Shown piece after piece: positions 30,081 to 40,654 of a DNA stretch of 63,332 nucleotides; the first letter of the stretch is position 1, and each line of letters begins with the position of its first letter. Source of the DNA: Candidatus Woesearchaeota archaeon (GTDB taxonomy: Archaea > Nanobdellota > Nanobdellia > Woesearchaeales > JAGVZT01); the NCBI GenBank assembly GCA_043812815.1, contig JBDRLT010000026.1, forward strand, positions 1-63,332, written 5' to 3'. The position numbers and the translations under genes were made by a program. The notes beneath the pieces were generated by a model, which saw only the letters and a program-made list of their open reading frames with translations, had not been told where the DNA came from and did not search any database.

Positions 30081-31134
30081 ATGCATAATCCTGAAGTAAA
30101 CCGTATGTTAGGCAAAAATGGTAATAACACATATTTTTTGGGGGTTTTCTATAATAATCTAGACCCATGACTGCTTAGTGATTTTACAGGGCAACATAGG
30201 TGGATTGATATGGAAAAACCAGAGCACCAAGCTACAGCATGCGGTCTACTTGTTAGAAGATCAATAGAAGCAAGAGGTGACAGAAACCTAACTGGATTGG
30301 AGATGCAAAAAAAGACACCCTGGCCTGAATTGATGGCAGTAGATCCAGCTCTTTTGGGATATATTCTGCTTGGGCGTGACCTTAGGGTTATTGCGCCTAC
30401 TGATCCCAGAATAGGGACTAACCAGCCAAATTTGGTGCAAGAAGCACTTGAGCCTGGCGTAAAGGATGGGCTTGGTCTCTGCAATAGGGGCGCCACTACA
30501 AGCTAATCGTCCTATAGGTTATAACTCACCAGAGATTAGTTAATTGGCAATTGAACAACGCTTGGCTGGTTCAGATAAAAGAGTTCTCCCTGGACTTCCA
30601 GAGAAATATGAAAATACACTGATGCCCTACTTAACCCAGGGCCATTCTATTTGGACATCGTTAAGAGAAAATACTAGGCCTAGCGAACGAGGTGTTATCT
30701 CAATGGTATTAGAAGGCTCTAGTTTTGTAATATTGAAAATAATTGATGAAATCGTAAACAAGGAATACGAAATAAGGGCTTATGGTATTGAAGAGACAAC
30801 TGGTTGCTTTCATATGCTCCAAAAGGACACTGCAACAGAAAAACTGATTATTGTAGCAACTGCGGGTGGGGAGCCTGTCGAATTGGGATAGTGTTCCGCA
30901 GCTAGTCCAGCAGCAGGCTGCTTTTATCTACTGACTACGGTACTATCAAAAAGTGCACCAAATGAACCAGTTAGCTTCACATACTCATTTCACTTACCTA
31001 CTGGCTCGGATGTGATTAAACAAAGTGCAGGTTCAAGGGTAGAGAATTTGGTCAGAGCCTTCCAACACCTTGGTCTGCACCAATTCGGAAGGTCCCTTAC
31101 CAGAACTGACCTCAAAAGTGCTCTTAAACCCTAA
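30081..31134 (+). pseudogene. Disrupted orphan gene (~350 codons) spanning ORFs 30210..30506 and 30544..30891
   Basis: TATA at ~30051-30060 and ATG at 30081; TGA 30168, frameshift at ~30465, TAA 30541, TAG 30889; the frame then stays open to TAA 31132-34, which overlaps the convergent lemA stop. Confidence 0.65.
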
Positions 31135-31679
31135 AATTCAACCTTCACTGGCTTTTTCTCCTTCTCATCCATCTCAAAGAAAGGCTTTTCCTTGAAATTA
31201 AACAGATTTCCTATAATATTCCCTGGAAATCGTTCGACCGAGTTATTGTAATTTAACACCGAATCATTGAAAAACTGCCTTGCATACGCAATCTTACTCT
31301 CAATTCCAGACAATTCTTCTTGCAGCATCAGGAAATTTTCATTGGCTTTTAACTGAGGGTAGGCTTCAGCTACAGCAAACAATCTGCCTAACGCAGAAGT
31401 CATAGCAGCATTGGCTTTTGACTTAGCCAAGATATCCCCTGCTTTAACCAAAGCATTTCTTGCCTGCGAAACTTCTGTGAAAACCCCTTTCTCATGCTTT
31501 GCATACCCTTTCACAGTCTCCACAAGATTGGGCACCAAATCAAACCTTTTCTTCAACTGCACATCTATCTGGCTCTCTGCATTACCCATACGGTTCTGCA
31601 AGACAATAAAATTGTTGTAAGTGCTAATCAACCAAAGGGCAATAATCACAACCAATCCTATTAATATATATCCAATCAT
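31131..31679 (-). CDS. lemA: LemA family protein
   Basis: IDVQLKKRFDLVPNLV, AEAYPQLKANENF and ARQFFN motifs. Confidence 0.97.
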   Translation of the reverse strand: MIGYILIGLVVIIALWLISTYNNFIVLQNRMGNAESQIDVQLKKRFDLVPNLVETVKGYAKHEKGVFTEVSQARNALVKAGDILAKSKANAAMTSALGRLFAVAEAYPQLKANENFLMLQEELSGIESKIAYARQFFNDSVLNYNNSVERFPGNIIGNLFNFKEKPFFEMDEKEKKPVKVEF

Positions 31680-31796
31680 ACAACCACCTCAACACCAACA
31701 AAACTAAGCAAGTATATAAAATTTACTCTTACTAAGCAAATATGCCTAACTTTGATTTCAAAACCCTTAAATATTCATTCTGAATATGACACTAAA

Positions 31797-33542
31797 ATGA
31801 AAAAAGAGGTAGCCTTTATTCTTCTTGTATTACTAATTACCCCTATAGTGAATGCCAAAAAGGGGCATATGCAACTTTTGGCTATTAGTCAGACTAAAGA
31901 GGGTCTGAGGGGGGCTGGCGCAGACCTTGACCTTGAGATTAAACCGGGAATTGGCAGAGTATTTATCTCCACTTTTCCTCTAACTAAAGTAGACACTCAA
32001 CTGTCATTTAGGATTGCCAAGGAGTATGCCTGTGACTTTCTTAGCCTGGAATGCAACAATTATGATTTTTTCTATGAGGTTCGCTCAGATGCGCCAATAG
32101 TGGGAGGACCATCAGCCGGTGCAGCTGCCACAGCTTTGACAATAATTGTATTAGAAGACTTGACAGCAGATCCCTCTGCAACCGTGACAGGCACTATTGA
32201 ATCCGGTGGAATGATAGGTCCGGTAGCAGGCATTAAGGAAAAGATTGAAGCAGCCCAAAGATTGGGGCTCAGAACAGTGCTCATCCCGGAAGGCAAAAGA
32301 TATCAAAAAGATAACAACTCAAACTCAACAATTGATCTTGTTGAGTATGGTGCTGAGCTTGAGATTTCAGTTGCAGAAGTAATTGAAATCAGAGATGTGA
32401 TTTTACTGTTAACCGGGTTCGAGTTTGCAGCTGAAAGTGACATAATAAATATTGACTCGCAATACACAGCAACAATGATGCAAATTGCAAATGGGCTGTG
32501 TGAACGCTCAAAAACATTGCTTATGGATATTAACATCAGTTACATCAAACCGAACAATTTGCAGTTGGAAGAAGCAGCAAACCTAACAAGCAGTGCAACA
32601 AATGCGCTGGAAAATGGAGAGTACTACGCAGCAGCATCATACTGTTTTGGTGCTAATGTTAAATACCAATATTTGAGGCTGGCTTCCAAGGATCTGTCAA
32701 TAGGAAGAATAGAGGAGATGATTGCGGAGACCCAAGAGTTTATTCTAACATCAAAGCAGGGCATTACTGGGTTTCAATATGCCACAATTACAGATCTCCA
32801 AACCTATCTTATAGTAAGTGAAAGGCTTAAAGAGGCGCAGCAATACTTGGAAGAGTCCAGTGACGAGCTGGAGTACAATAACACTGACAATGCTGTCTAT
32901 AATCTTGCTTTTGCAGTTGAGCGCTGGAACTCAGCAGTATCCTGGTCCCAATTTTTCGGTATGGATGGTAGACAATTTGCAATCAATGACAAAAGTCTCA
33001 GGCAGCTGTGCATTCAAAAAGTCTCAGAAGCAACAGAGAGATTGGAATACACCAAATCTTTTATCTCGGTTAACATGGATGAGTTATCAAAAGATCTGGA
33101 CGTGGCTGAACAAGACATGATGCTTGGGAATAATGAGCTATGCATTTTTCGAGCCTCAAAAGTTAAGGCAAGGGCCAGCCTAATCCTGAGCTCTATAAGC
33201 ATTAGTAAAGATGAAGTGGAAGAATTTCTCCAAAAGAAACTGACCTTAGCCAGAAGGACCATTGTCAAAGAAACCAGAAGAGATATCTTCCCTATTTTGG
33301 GTTACAGCTACTATGAGTATGCAGAGAGCCTAAGCCATTCAGATCCGTTTTCTTCCTTGCTTTATGCAGAATTGGCGCTTGAGCTCAGCAGTTTTGACAT
33401 GTATTTCAAAAACACAAGACTCTTTAGCTGGAGCTTTGATTTGGGCACATTTACCTTAATTCTCGGGAGTATGCTTGTAGGGTATGCACTGGCTGTGGTG
33501 ATCTTCAGATGGGAATTGCAAAAGAAAAAGCGGAAAAAATGA
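31797..33542 (+). CDS. Secreted, membrane-anchored S16 (Lon-C-like) serine protease
   Basis: Signal peptide; GGPSAG Ser and GIKEK Lys dyad; C-terminal TM followed by a basic tail. Confidence 0.88.
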   Translation: MKKEVAFILLVLLITPIVNAKKGHMQLLAISQTKEGLRGAGADLDLEIKPGIGRVFISTFPLTKVDTQLSFRIAKEYACDFLSLECNNYDFFYEVRSDAPIVGGPSAGAAATALTIIVLEDLTADPSATVTGTIESGGMIGPVAGIKEKIEAAQRLGLRTVLIPEGKRYQKDNNSNSTIDLVEYGAELEISVAEVIEIRDVILLLTGFEFAAESDIINIDSQYTATMMQIANGLCERSKTLLMDINISYIKPNNLQLEEAANLTSSATNALENGEYYAAASYCFGANVKYQYLRLASKDLSIGRIEEMIAETQEFILTSKQGITGFQYATITDLQTYLIVSERLKEAQQYLEESSDELEYNNTDNAVYNLAFAVERWNSAVSWSQFFGMDGRQFAINDKSLRQLCIQKVSEATERLEYTKSFISVNMDELSKDLDVAEQDMMLGNNELCIFRASKVKARASLILSSISISKDEVEEFLQKKLTLARRTIVKETRRDIFPILGYSYYEYAESLSHSDPFSSLLYAELALELSSFDMYFKNTRLFSWSFDLGTFTLILGSMLVGYALAVVIFRWELQKKKRKK

Positions 33543-33868
33543 TCCTGTGGGATGATTTTGAAAAAATTGAAATGCGCGTTGGCACAATCCTGAAAGCCGA
33601 AAAATTCCCTGAAGCAAAAAAGCCAGTATACAAATTGGAAATAGACTTTGGAGAATATGGCATAAAGAAATCCAGCGCGCAAATAACAGATTTGTATTCA
33701 ACCGCAGAGCTGGTAAACAGGCAAGTGATTGCGGTAACTAACTTTCCAAGTAAGCAAATTGCCCATTTCTCAAGTGAATGCCTAGTTCTCGGTGTGATCC
33801 TCGCAGATAGAACAGTGGTTCTGCTTCAACCCGAGCAAATAGTGGGCAATGGATTGAGAATCGCTTGA
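33539..33868 (+). CDS. csaA: CsaA-like tRNA-binding/secretion chaperone (OB fold)
   Basis: MRVGTI, KSSAQIT, VTNFPSKQI and SECLVLG motifs; ATGA coupling. Confidence 0.9.
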   Translation: MILWDDFEKIEMRVGTILKAEKFPEAKKPVYKLEIDFGEYGIKKSSAQITDLYSTAELVNRQVIAVTNFPSKQIAHFSSECLVLGVILADRTVVLLQPEQIVGNGLRIA

Positions 33869-33935
33869 CTCTCCAAAACAATAATCTTTATAAAACACTC
33901 TTTACCTCTAAAAACCGAGAAAGAAGGAGGCGATA

Positions 33936-36563
33936 GTGAACATGAAAAAATGGGTATACGATTTTACAGAAGGCAGTAAGGAATTAGTGAATCTCTTGGG
34001 CGGAAAAGGGGCCCATCTAGCCGAGATGACAAAGTTGGGCATAAATGTCCCGTTCGGTTTCACTCTCACAACTGAAGCATGTCAGGAATTCTACAACCTT
34101 GGGCAAAAATATACTGAAGAGATGAAGCAGCAGGTAAATGATAAATTGAAACTGCTCGAAAATAAAATGGGGAAGAAACTGGGTGATCCCTCAAATCCAT
34201 TGCTTGTTTCAGTAAGATCTGGAGCAGCAATTTCAATGCCAGGAATGATGGACACAGTGTTGAATCTAGGGCTAAATGATATTGTGGTGGAAGGACTTTC
34301 CCATAAGACTAATAATCCGAGATTTGCATGGGATGCCTATCGAAGGTTTATTCAAATGTTTGGCAATGTGGTAATGGGTGTTCCTCCCCATGAATTTGAA
34401 AAAAATCTAGAGAAAGCCAAGCAAACTAAAGGGGTTGAGTATGACACAGAACTTGATGCAAACGATCTGAAAAAATTGGCGGGCCAAAATAAGGAAATTG
34501 TGACAAAGATTACAGGTAAGCAATTTCCGCAAGAGCCTTCTCAGCAGTTGTGGATGGCTGTAGATGCAGTGTTCGGGTCGTGGAACAACGAACGTGCAAT
34601 TTTATATAGAAAGCTGAATGATTTAAAGGGGGTTAGTGGCACAGGGGTTAATGTGCAGGCAATGGTCTTTGGCAATATGGGTGAAAACTCAGGAACAGGT
34701 GTGGCTTTCACCAGAGATCCAGCTACAGGCGAAAATATTTTTTACGGTGAATACCTGATGAATGCCCAAGGTGAGGATGTAGTGGCAGGTATCAGGACTC
34801 CCAAAACCATTGATCAACTCAATAAGGAAATACCGAAAATTTATGCTGAACTCCTGGCGATTAGAGACAAGCTGGAAAAGCATTACAAAGACATGCAAGA
34901 TATTGAATTCACTATTCAGGAAGGAGTTCTATATGTGCTTCAAACTCGCTCTGGTAAACGCACAGCTGCTGCCGCTGTAAGGGTTGCAGTAGAAATGATG
35001 CATGAAGGCTTAATTGACAAGAGGACAGCCATTCTGCAGGTAAACCCTGCCTCGCTGGATCAGCTATTACACAAGCAAATTGATCAGTTGGCCAAAAAGA
35101 AAAACAAACCAATAGCAAAGGGACTGCCGGCATCTCCTGGGGCAGCTGTTGGTGAGATAGTATTTGATGCAGAAAAAGCTCATGAAGAGGCGCAAAAAGG
35201 CAGGAAAGTGATACTTGTTAGAACCGAAACATCACCCGAAGATCTGATCGGTATGAATGCAGCACAAGGAATACTTACCTCGAGAGGAGGCATGACAAGC
35301 CACGCAGCTGTTGTTGCCAGAGGTATGGGCAAATGCTGTGTTGTAGGCTGCGGAGAGGTTAATGTGAAGGAAGAGGAAGGGTATTGTCTATTCGGTGGCC
35401 AAAAAATAAAAGAGGGTGAATACATTACCTTAGATGGCTCAACTGGTGAGGTGTTTCTTGGACAAATGCCAACAGTAGATCCAGAGTTGTCTGGCAGCTT
35501 TGCTGAGTTGATGAAATGGGCAGACGAAGCCAAAATTTTAGGAGTGAGGACCAATGCAGACATTCCTCGGGATGCAAAGGTTGCAATTAAATTTGGCGCA
35601 GAGGGCATTGGGCTATGCAGGACAGAGCATATGTTCTTTGAAGGCGAGAGAATTAGGGCCATGCGGGAGATGATTCTAGCCCACACTCTGGAAGGAAGGA
35701 AAAAGGCATTGAACAAACTTTATCCCTTCCAAAAGGCAGATTTCAAGGGCCTTTTTGAGACCATGGGCGAGCTTCCAGTGACCATTAGACTCTTAGATCC
35801 ACCCCTGCATGAGTTTCTCCCAAAAGCAGAAGAGGAGATAGAAGCAATCGCAAAGGAGTTAAATGTAACTAAAGAACAGCTAAAAGACAAAATAAAAGAG
35901 CTACACGAGCAAAACCCAATGTTGGGCCATAGGGGTTGCAGGTTGGGTATTACCTATCCGGAAATTACCGAGATGCAGACAAGGGCGATAATTGATGCTG
36001 CCTTGGAGGTTTCAAACCAAAGGGGAACCCAAATAATTCCTGAGATAATGATCCCCCTTGTAGGCAATGTAAATGAACTTAGAAACCAAAAAGAGGTGGT
36101 TGTAAGAACAGCAGATGCTCAGATCAAAAAGGCAGGATCCAAATTGAGATATCTTGTTGGAACAATGATAGAGGTGCCAAGAGGTGCCCTAACTGCTGAC
36201 AAAGTGGCTGCGGAGGCAGATTTCTTCAGCTTTGGTACAAATGATCTCACTCAGATGACTCTTGGCTTTTCAAGAGATGATATTGCCAGATTCGTTCCAT
36301 ACTATATTGAAAAAGGCATAATCGAGAAAGACCCATTCCAGGTGCTGGACCAGGAAGGTGTTGGCCAGCTAATAGAAATGGCTGTTAAAAAGGGAAGAAC
36401 AACCAAGCCAAAACTCAAGGTGGGCATATGCGGAGAGCATGGTGGAGAGCCAAGCAGTGTTGAATTCTGCCACAAAACTGGTCTGAATTATGTGAGTTGT
36501 TCACCATACCGGGTCCCTATTGCCAGGTTGGCAGCTGCACATGCAGCATTGAAAAACAATTAA
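33936..36563 (+). CDS. ppdK: Pyruvate, phosphate dikinase
   Basis: LLGGKG, VSVRSGA..SMPGMMDT, GGMTSHAAVVAR, FSFGTNDLTQ and GICGEHGG motifs. Confidence 0.98.
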   Translation: MNMKKWVYDFTEGSKELVNLLGGKGAHLAEMTKLGINVPFGFTLTTEACQEFYNLGQKYTEEMKQQVNDKLKLLENKMGKKLGDPSNPLLVSVRSGAAISMPGMMDTVLNLGLNDIVVEGLSHKTNNPRFAWDAYRRFIQMFGNVVMGVPPHEFEKNLEKAKQTKGVEYDTELDANDLKKLAGQNKEIVTKITGKQFPQEPSQQLWMAVDAVFGSWNNERAILYRKLNDLKGVSGTGVNVQAMVFGNMGENSGTGVAFTRDPATGENIFYGEYLMNAQGEDVVAGIRTPKTIDQLNKEIPKIYAELLAIRDKLEKHYKDMQDIEFTIQEGVLYVLQTRSGKRTAAAAVRVAVEMMHEGLIDKRTAILQVNPASLDQLLHKQIDQLAKKKNKPIAKGLPASPGAAVGEIVFDAEKAHEEAQKGRKVILVRTETSPEDLIGMNAAQGILTSRGGMTSHAAVVARGMGKCCVVGCGEVNVKEEEGYCLFGGQKIKEGEYITLDGSTGEVFLGQMPTVDPELSGSFAELMKWADEAKILGVRTNADIPRDAKVAIKFGAEGIGLCRTEHMFFEGERIRAMREMILAHTLEGRKKALNKLYPFQKADFKGLFETMGELPVTIRLLDPPLHEFLPKAEEEIEAIAKELNVTKEQLKDKIKELHEQNPMLGHRGCRLGITYPEITEMQTRAIIDAALEVSNQRGTQIIPEIMIPLVGNVNELRNQKEVVVRTADAQIKKAGSKLRYLVGTMIEVPRGALTADKVAAEADFFSFGTNDLTQMTLGFSRDDIARFVPYYIEKGIIEKDPFQVLDQEGVGQLIEMAVKKGRTTKPKLKVGICGEHGGEPSSVEFCHKTGLNYVSCSPYRVPIARLAAAHAALKNN

Positions 36564-37573
36564 TCAAGGTTGCAGAAAGTATTCCAGTACGTCCGGGCAT
36601 AAGTAAGCATATTGGTAAAATATTCTTTGATAAATCCACTGGTTTCTCTATTAATTCCACACATTGCACCGGCGGGAGTAATAAGCATATCTCCCAAAGT
36701 ATCCCATGTTATGGGTACGCCGATAGCGACTTCAAAGGATTCCCAAGAGTTTGACATCAAAAGTACAAAATTCAGCGCGTTCATGTTTTTCTCAAAAGCA
36801 GATGCACTAGTATCACTGGCACCAAGATAATTTAATGCAATTCTTGAAGCTGTGAAACCAGCTAAGAAATGTTGTGGAGAGGTGATATTCACTAGTCCCT
36901 TAAGACGGATGTCACCACCCCCTTTTTGTCTATGAAATGAATACAATGCAGTCAAACCTTCCAGTATCCAAACGCACCCAAAAGCAGCCATTTGTTCTTT
37001 ATTTTGGCAAATTGCATTAATTCCGAGAGTAAATCTCTCTCCTAACGACAATTCTGTTTTTTGCTGTAGATCATTAAGATACTCTGCAAAACCCCACCTC
37101 TCTTCCAATAATTCCCAATATGTGGGCAGGCAGACCATAGCATAGGTTATCATGTCAACAATTGTGCGGCTACTAAATTCAATCGGGCGTTTTCTAACAA
37201 CAGTAGTTAATGCCCAGTCCACTATATACCCTACCTTAACCAAGTCAAGCAGTATATCTCCTTTAGAATATGACTCACGTGTGCCTTGCAACGAAGATAG
37301 CAATTTACTAAACGGAACTATAGATTTTACAGCGTCAGTTACTAATAAAGTAGCGCATTTATCCCACCTAAACACATCATATAAAATATAACTTAGAGGG
37401 ATATCTTGTCCAGCTTCCCTTAACCTAAGTACTGCCTTAGTGAAAGGGAACACTGCGCTTGCAGAGTAAGACAAACTCCTCGTTAACCTTGCTAAAATTC
37501 CCGATTCTGTAGGTTCTTCCACCACATCTGATAAATTACCAGGGTTACACTGGCCGCCAAATATAGACATCAC
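36560..37573 (-). CDS. Orphan membrane protein with a C-terminal H..WE..E..DT..D (YjdF/DUF2238-like) motif
   Basis: QHFLAGF...NSWESFE...WDTLGDML; N-terminal internal duplication (VFPFTK.. / IVPFSK..). Confidence 0.55.
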   Translation of the reverse strand: MMSIFGGQCNPGNLSDVVEEPTESGILARLTRSLSYSASAVFPFTKAVLRLREAGQDIPLSYILYDVFRWDKCATLLVTDAVKSIVPFSKLLSSLQGTRESYSKGDILLDLVKVGYIVDWALTTVVRKRPIEFSSRTIVDMITYAMVCLPTYWELLEERWGFAEYLNDLQQKTELSLGERFTLGINAICQNKEQMAAFGCVWILEGLTALYSFHRQKGGGDIRLKGLVNITSPQHFLAGFTASRIALNYLGASDTSASAFEKNMNALNFVLLMSNSWESFEVAIGVPITWDTLGDMLITPAGAMCGINRETSGFIKEYFTNMLTYARTYWNTFCNLD

Positions 37574-37655
37574 TTTAGAGTGGCAAGCATACTATATATT
37601 CTTTGCGTTACAGTATTATAAAACCCTTGAAGGCTCCCTTGCGAGAACCTTCGCG

Positions 37656-37721
37656 GGAAAAAGAGGTGATCAAAAACCCAGGAAAAACTCCGAAGAGTTT
37701 TTCCCAGGAAAAAGAGGTGAT
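37656..37721. repeat. 15-bp direct repeat flanking a perfect hairpin
   Basis: GGAAAAAGAGGTGAT at 37656-70 and 37707-21; GGAAAAACTC-CGAA-GAGTTTTTCC at 37681-704. Confidence 0.85.
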
Positions 37722-37874
37722 AGATTATTAAGCTGTTCCACCCCCAACTTTAACCACTTGATAATTAATCGCTTGATATCTACTATTTAGTAAATATAAC
37801 CTATATAAATACTTTTCGCTTTTAGTTTTCTGCGAGTGGTAACACACCCTTTAAATAACTGATAAGCCCACCCC

Positions 37875-38465
37875 CATATGATGAAATGCAGCAAATGCAA
37901 CAAAAATGGTGTTGACCTTAGTAAAGCCTTTCTGGCAGGAGCACTATGTAATGGCTGCTTTCAAAAGCAGGTCGAAAAAAGGGTTAGGAAATTTGCCAGG
38001 GTAAACAGAATATTCCAAAAAAATCAAAAAATATTGATCTTAGATGATGGTAGTGTCAATGCTGCTATTACAGCCTGCATCATGAGAAAATTGCTAATCT
38101 ATATACCCCATACAAGCACTGTCAGGAAAACTGGCTTTGAGAAAATCAAATTCAAAGGAAAACCTTACCCACAATTTGACAGGATTGTGGTTCCTTGGAG
38201 TCTGGATAAAGAAATTGAAATGTTTCTTAAAGGTTTATTCTGTGATTCCACACACATATATAGTGATAAACGTATTGTCAAGTTGCTCTGCAATGTCACT
38301 CAAGAAGAAATTAGCTTGCTTAGTAACATAAATAATCTAAAGCAGAGAAAGACCATTCCATACGATCGTGAGATTTGCAGGATGGTAGATACCTTGCAAA
38401 AAAGGAATCCAGAAGTCCGCTTTTGTTTATTAAAAAGTCTGCAATACTGCCAAAAATCCATATAA
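37875..38465 (+). CDS. Degenerate TtuA/Ncs6-like protein (Zn-finger N-terminus, PP-loop lost)
   Basis: CxxC...LCxxCF..QVEKRVRK..R...F....KIL start; no SGGKDS. Confidence 0.6.
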   Translation, partial: HMMKCSKCNKNGVDLSKAFLAGALCNGCFQKQVEKRVRKFARVNRIFQKNQKILILDDGSVNAAITACIMRKLLIYIPHTSTVRKTGFEKIKFKGKPYPQFDRIVVPWSLDKEIEMFLKGLFCDSTHIYSDKRIVKLLCNVTQEEISLLSNINNLKQRKTIPYDREICRMVDTLQKRNPEVRFCLLKSLQYCQKSI

Positions 38466-38556
38466 TACTGAGTCAGGATGTTCCCATTGCCAAAATAGAG
38501 TATGTTATTGGTTTCGACCAATAACCTTAAATATTACTGTATATTGGTATACAGAT

Positions 38557-39288
38557 ATGGAGCAAAGAATCTTCAAACTTCTATTTGAGAATGATGAGGT
38601 TACCTGGCAGAGTATTATTTACCGCCTGGTAAAAGAGGAAGGGATGGATCCATGGGATATAGATATCACCCTACTATCGCACAGATATATTAGAATGCTC
38701 AAAAAGCTCAAAGAGATGGATTTCAGAATAAGTGGAAAAGTGGTTCTGGCAGCTGCTATTTTGCTAAGGTTAAAGTCAACTAAACTAGTGGAAGATGACC
38801 TTACTGCCTTAGACAGGCTTATAGCGAGTACACAGGAGTCGAATGAAGACTTCTCAGATGAATTTTACTCTGAACTGGAATCAGAATTTGAGGGTTTGCA
38901 CGAAACCCAAAAAGAGAGTATACCCTGGCTTGTTCCCAAAACACCCCAGCCAAGAACCAGGAAAGTTAGCATCTATGACTTGATGGATGCGTTGGAAGAA
39001 GCACTTGAAGTTAGTAGAAAAAGAGTCCTTAGGACCATGCCTGAACGGAAAATTGAGATACCTGAGATGGAAATCGACATAACTCAGCTGATTTCGAGCG
39101 TCTATACAAAAATCCAGGCATTTTTTAATAAGAGTAAGGAAAAACTCTTCTTTAATCAGCTGGTTGACTCTGATGATAAAGAAGACAAGATTATGACTTT
39201 CATACCATTACTTCATTTGGTTAACGAGAGAAAGGTTGATGTTGAACAATTGGTGCATTTTGGACCAATAGAAGTAAAAATAAAATAA
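38557..39288 (+). CDS. scpA: Segregation and condensation protein A (kleisin)
   Basis: MDPWDIDI, SGKVVLAAAILLRLKS and TFIPLLHL...Q..HFG motifs. Confidence 0.92.
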   Translation: MEQRIFKLLFENDEVTWQSIIYRLVKEEGMDPWDIDITLLSHRYIRMLKKLKEMDFRISGKVVLAAAILLRLKSTKLVEDDLTALDRLIASTQESNEDFSDEFYSELESEFEGLHETQKESIPWLVPKTPQPRTRKVSIYDLMDALEEALEVSRKRVLRTMPERKIEIPEMEIDITQLISSVYTKIQAFFNKSKEKLFFNQLVDSDDKEDKIMTFIPLLHLVNERKVDVEQLVHFGPIEVKIK

Positions 39289-39295
39289 AAAAACC

Positions 39296-39637
39296 TTAAT
39301 CTTTTGAAATGTAGTATAAGGCCATTATAGAAACAACAGCTGCTGCCGGTCCTACAAATGTTACAACATTACTCAAAAATGCCTCTAAGTACATTCCCAT
39401 CACAGGCAATGTTCCCAAGATTGCTCCTAGGTTGTTCCCTGCAACCATCCAAGCCAGACTAGCAATTAAGAATGTAGTGGCCTCTTTCTGAGATATATTC
39501 AAAAATCCTACCACAAGTCCCATAACTGCCAACACCAAAACAGCCCAGCTTGCCTGCACAAATGCCAAAATTACTGCCATAAACAATGCAAGATAGAATG
39601 CCCATGGTCCGTACTTTCTTAGCTCTTTCTTAGCCAT
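39296..39637 (-). CDS. Small four-TM membrane protein
   Basis: GLVVGFLNI...FLIA; GGGGTGA SD. Confidence 0.75.
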   Translation of the reverse strand: MAKKELRKYGPWAFYLALFMAVILAFVQASWAVLVLAVMGLVVGFLNISQKEATTFLIASLAWMVAGNNLGAILGTLPVMGMYLEAFLSNVVTFVGPAAAVVSIMALYYISKD

Positions 39638-39905
39638 ATATTGTCACCCCCCTTTTTAGTAATTGTTTAATATAAACCTTTAATTGATGTACTAACATAT
39701 AAACTTATCGCTTTTATTTTTAAACAGTACGGCCTATTCTAGTTTGTCATACACCCCCTTGCAATGACTGCATGGCATTTTATTCAGCGAACACCTATTT
39801 ATGCAGCAGCCAAGATGTACAAAACCACCTTTAAATTCGCATAGTACTATTGAATCCTGAGAATTTAGAAACTCACCACAACAGATATTGCATTTATCCA
39901 TCTAT

Positions 39906-40424
39906 TCACCTCGCGTCCACATATATTTTATGAATACTCCCATAGTCATCTTGTGACCCGTTTTGCACACCAACATTGAAAACATACTTACAAACAGGTG
40001 CATTTTTAGGGATTAAAATACCAAGTGTAAATACCTCAGGTTTTTGGACATTGGCGGTTACATTTCTTGGATTTCTTGGAATGGAGATAAGCCAATCTGC
40101 ATCAGAACTGCAACCACCAACAGTTTTTGGTTCAACCGTAACATTAAACTCCTGATTAGTATCTAAGATGTTCCTTACACCAACTCCGAACACCACAATT
40201 TCACCTCTTTTAACCAGCTTACTACTAATTGGCACAACGACGCTCTCTCCTGTATCCCCCATCTCCCAAACCTGTTTCTCAGCTTCATACTCAAGTTTAG
40301 TATCAATGCTCACAACTTTGCCAAACATATTCCTGGCCAACATAATTCCCATACTGAGCACAACTATGGCTATAATTATAACAACTAGGAAATTTGCAGA
40401 CAACTCCACTGCAGCTCGTTTCAT
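39906..40424 (-). CDS. Archaeal type IV pilin-like protein
   Basis: Class III signal peptide KRA/AVELSANFLVVIIIAIVVL. Confidence 0.75.
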   Translation of the reverse strand: MKRAAVELSANFLVVIIIAIVVLSMGIMLARNMFGKVVSIDTKLEYEAEKQVWEMGDTGESVVVPISSKLVKRGEIVVFGVGVRNILDTNQEFNVTVEPKTVGGCSSDADWLISIPRNPRNVTANVQKPEVFTLGILIPKNAPVCKYVFNVGVQNGSQDDYGSIHKIYVDAR

Positions 40425-40654
40425 TTCAGGAATTCATACTCTCTGACCATCAGCCACATAAAGAGCAGTAGCAGTACACTTCCTATAACAATCCATGAAA
40501 AGCCCCAAAAAAAGTCAGTGTCCACCATTAGTTTGTATAGTCCAAACACCATCACTCCTGTCCCTAACCATAGGTATTTATCCAAAACCAACTTCAGAAT
40601 CTCAAATTCCTCCTGTCTAGATAATCTCTTTTTCATAATATCACCTCTATTCAA
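40421..40654 (-). CDS. Small two-TM membrane protein
   Basis: EFEILKLVLDKYLWLG; coupled to its neighbours. Confidence 0.7.
   Translation of the reverse strand: MNRGDIMKKRLSRQEEFEILKLVLDKYLWLGTGVMVFGLYKLMVDTDFFWGFSWIVIGSVLLLLFMWLMVREYEFLK

Noticed and set aside
30081-31134. Diversity-generating retroelement target
   Set aside because: No reverse transcriptase or TR/VR repeat pair seen in the window
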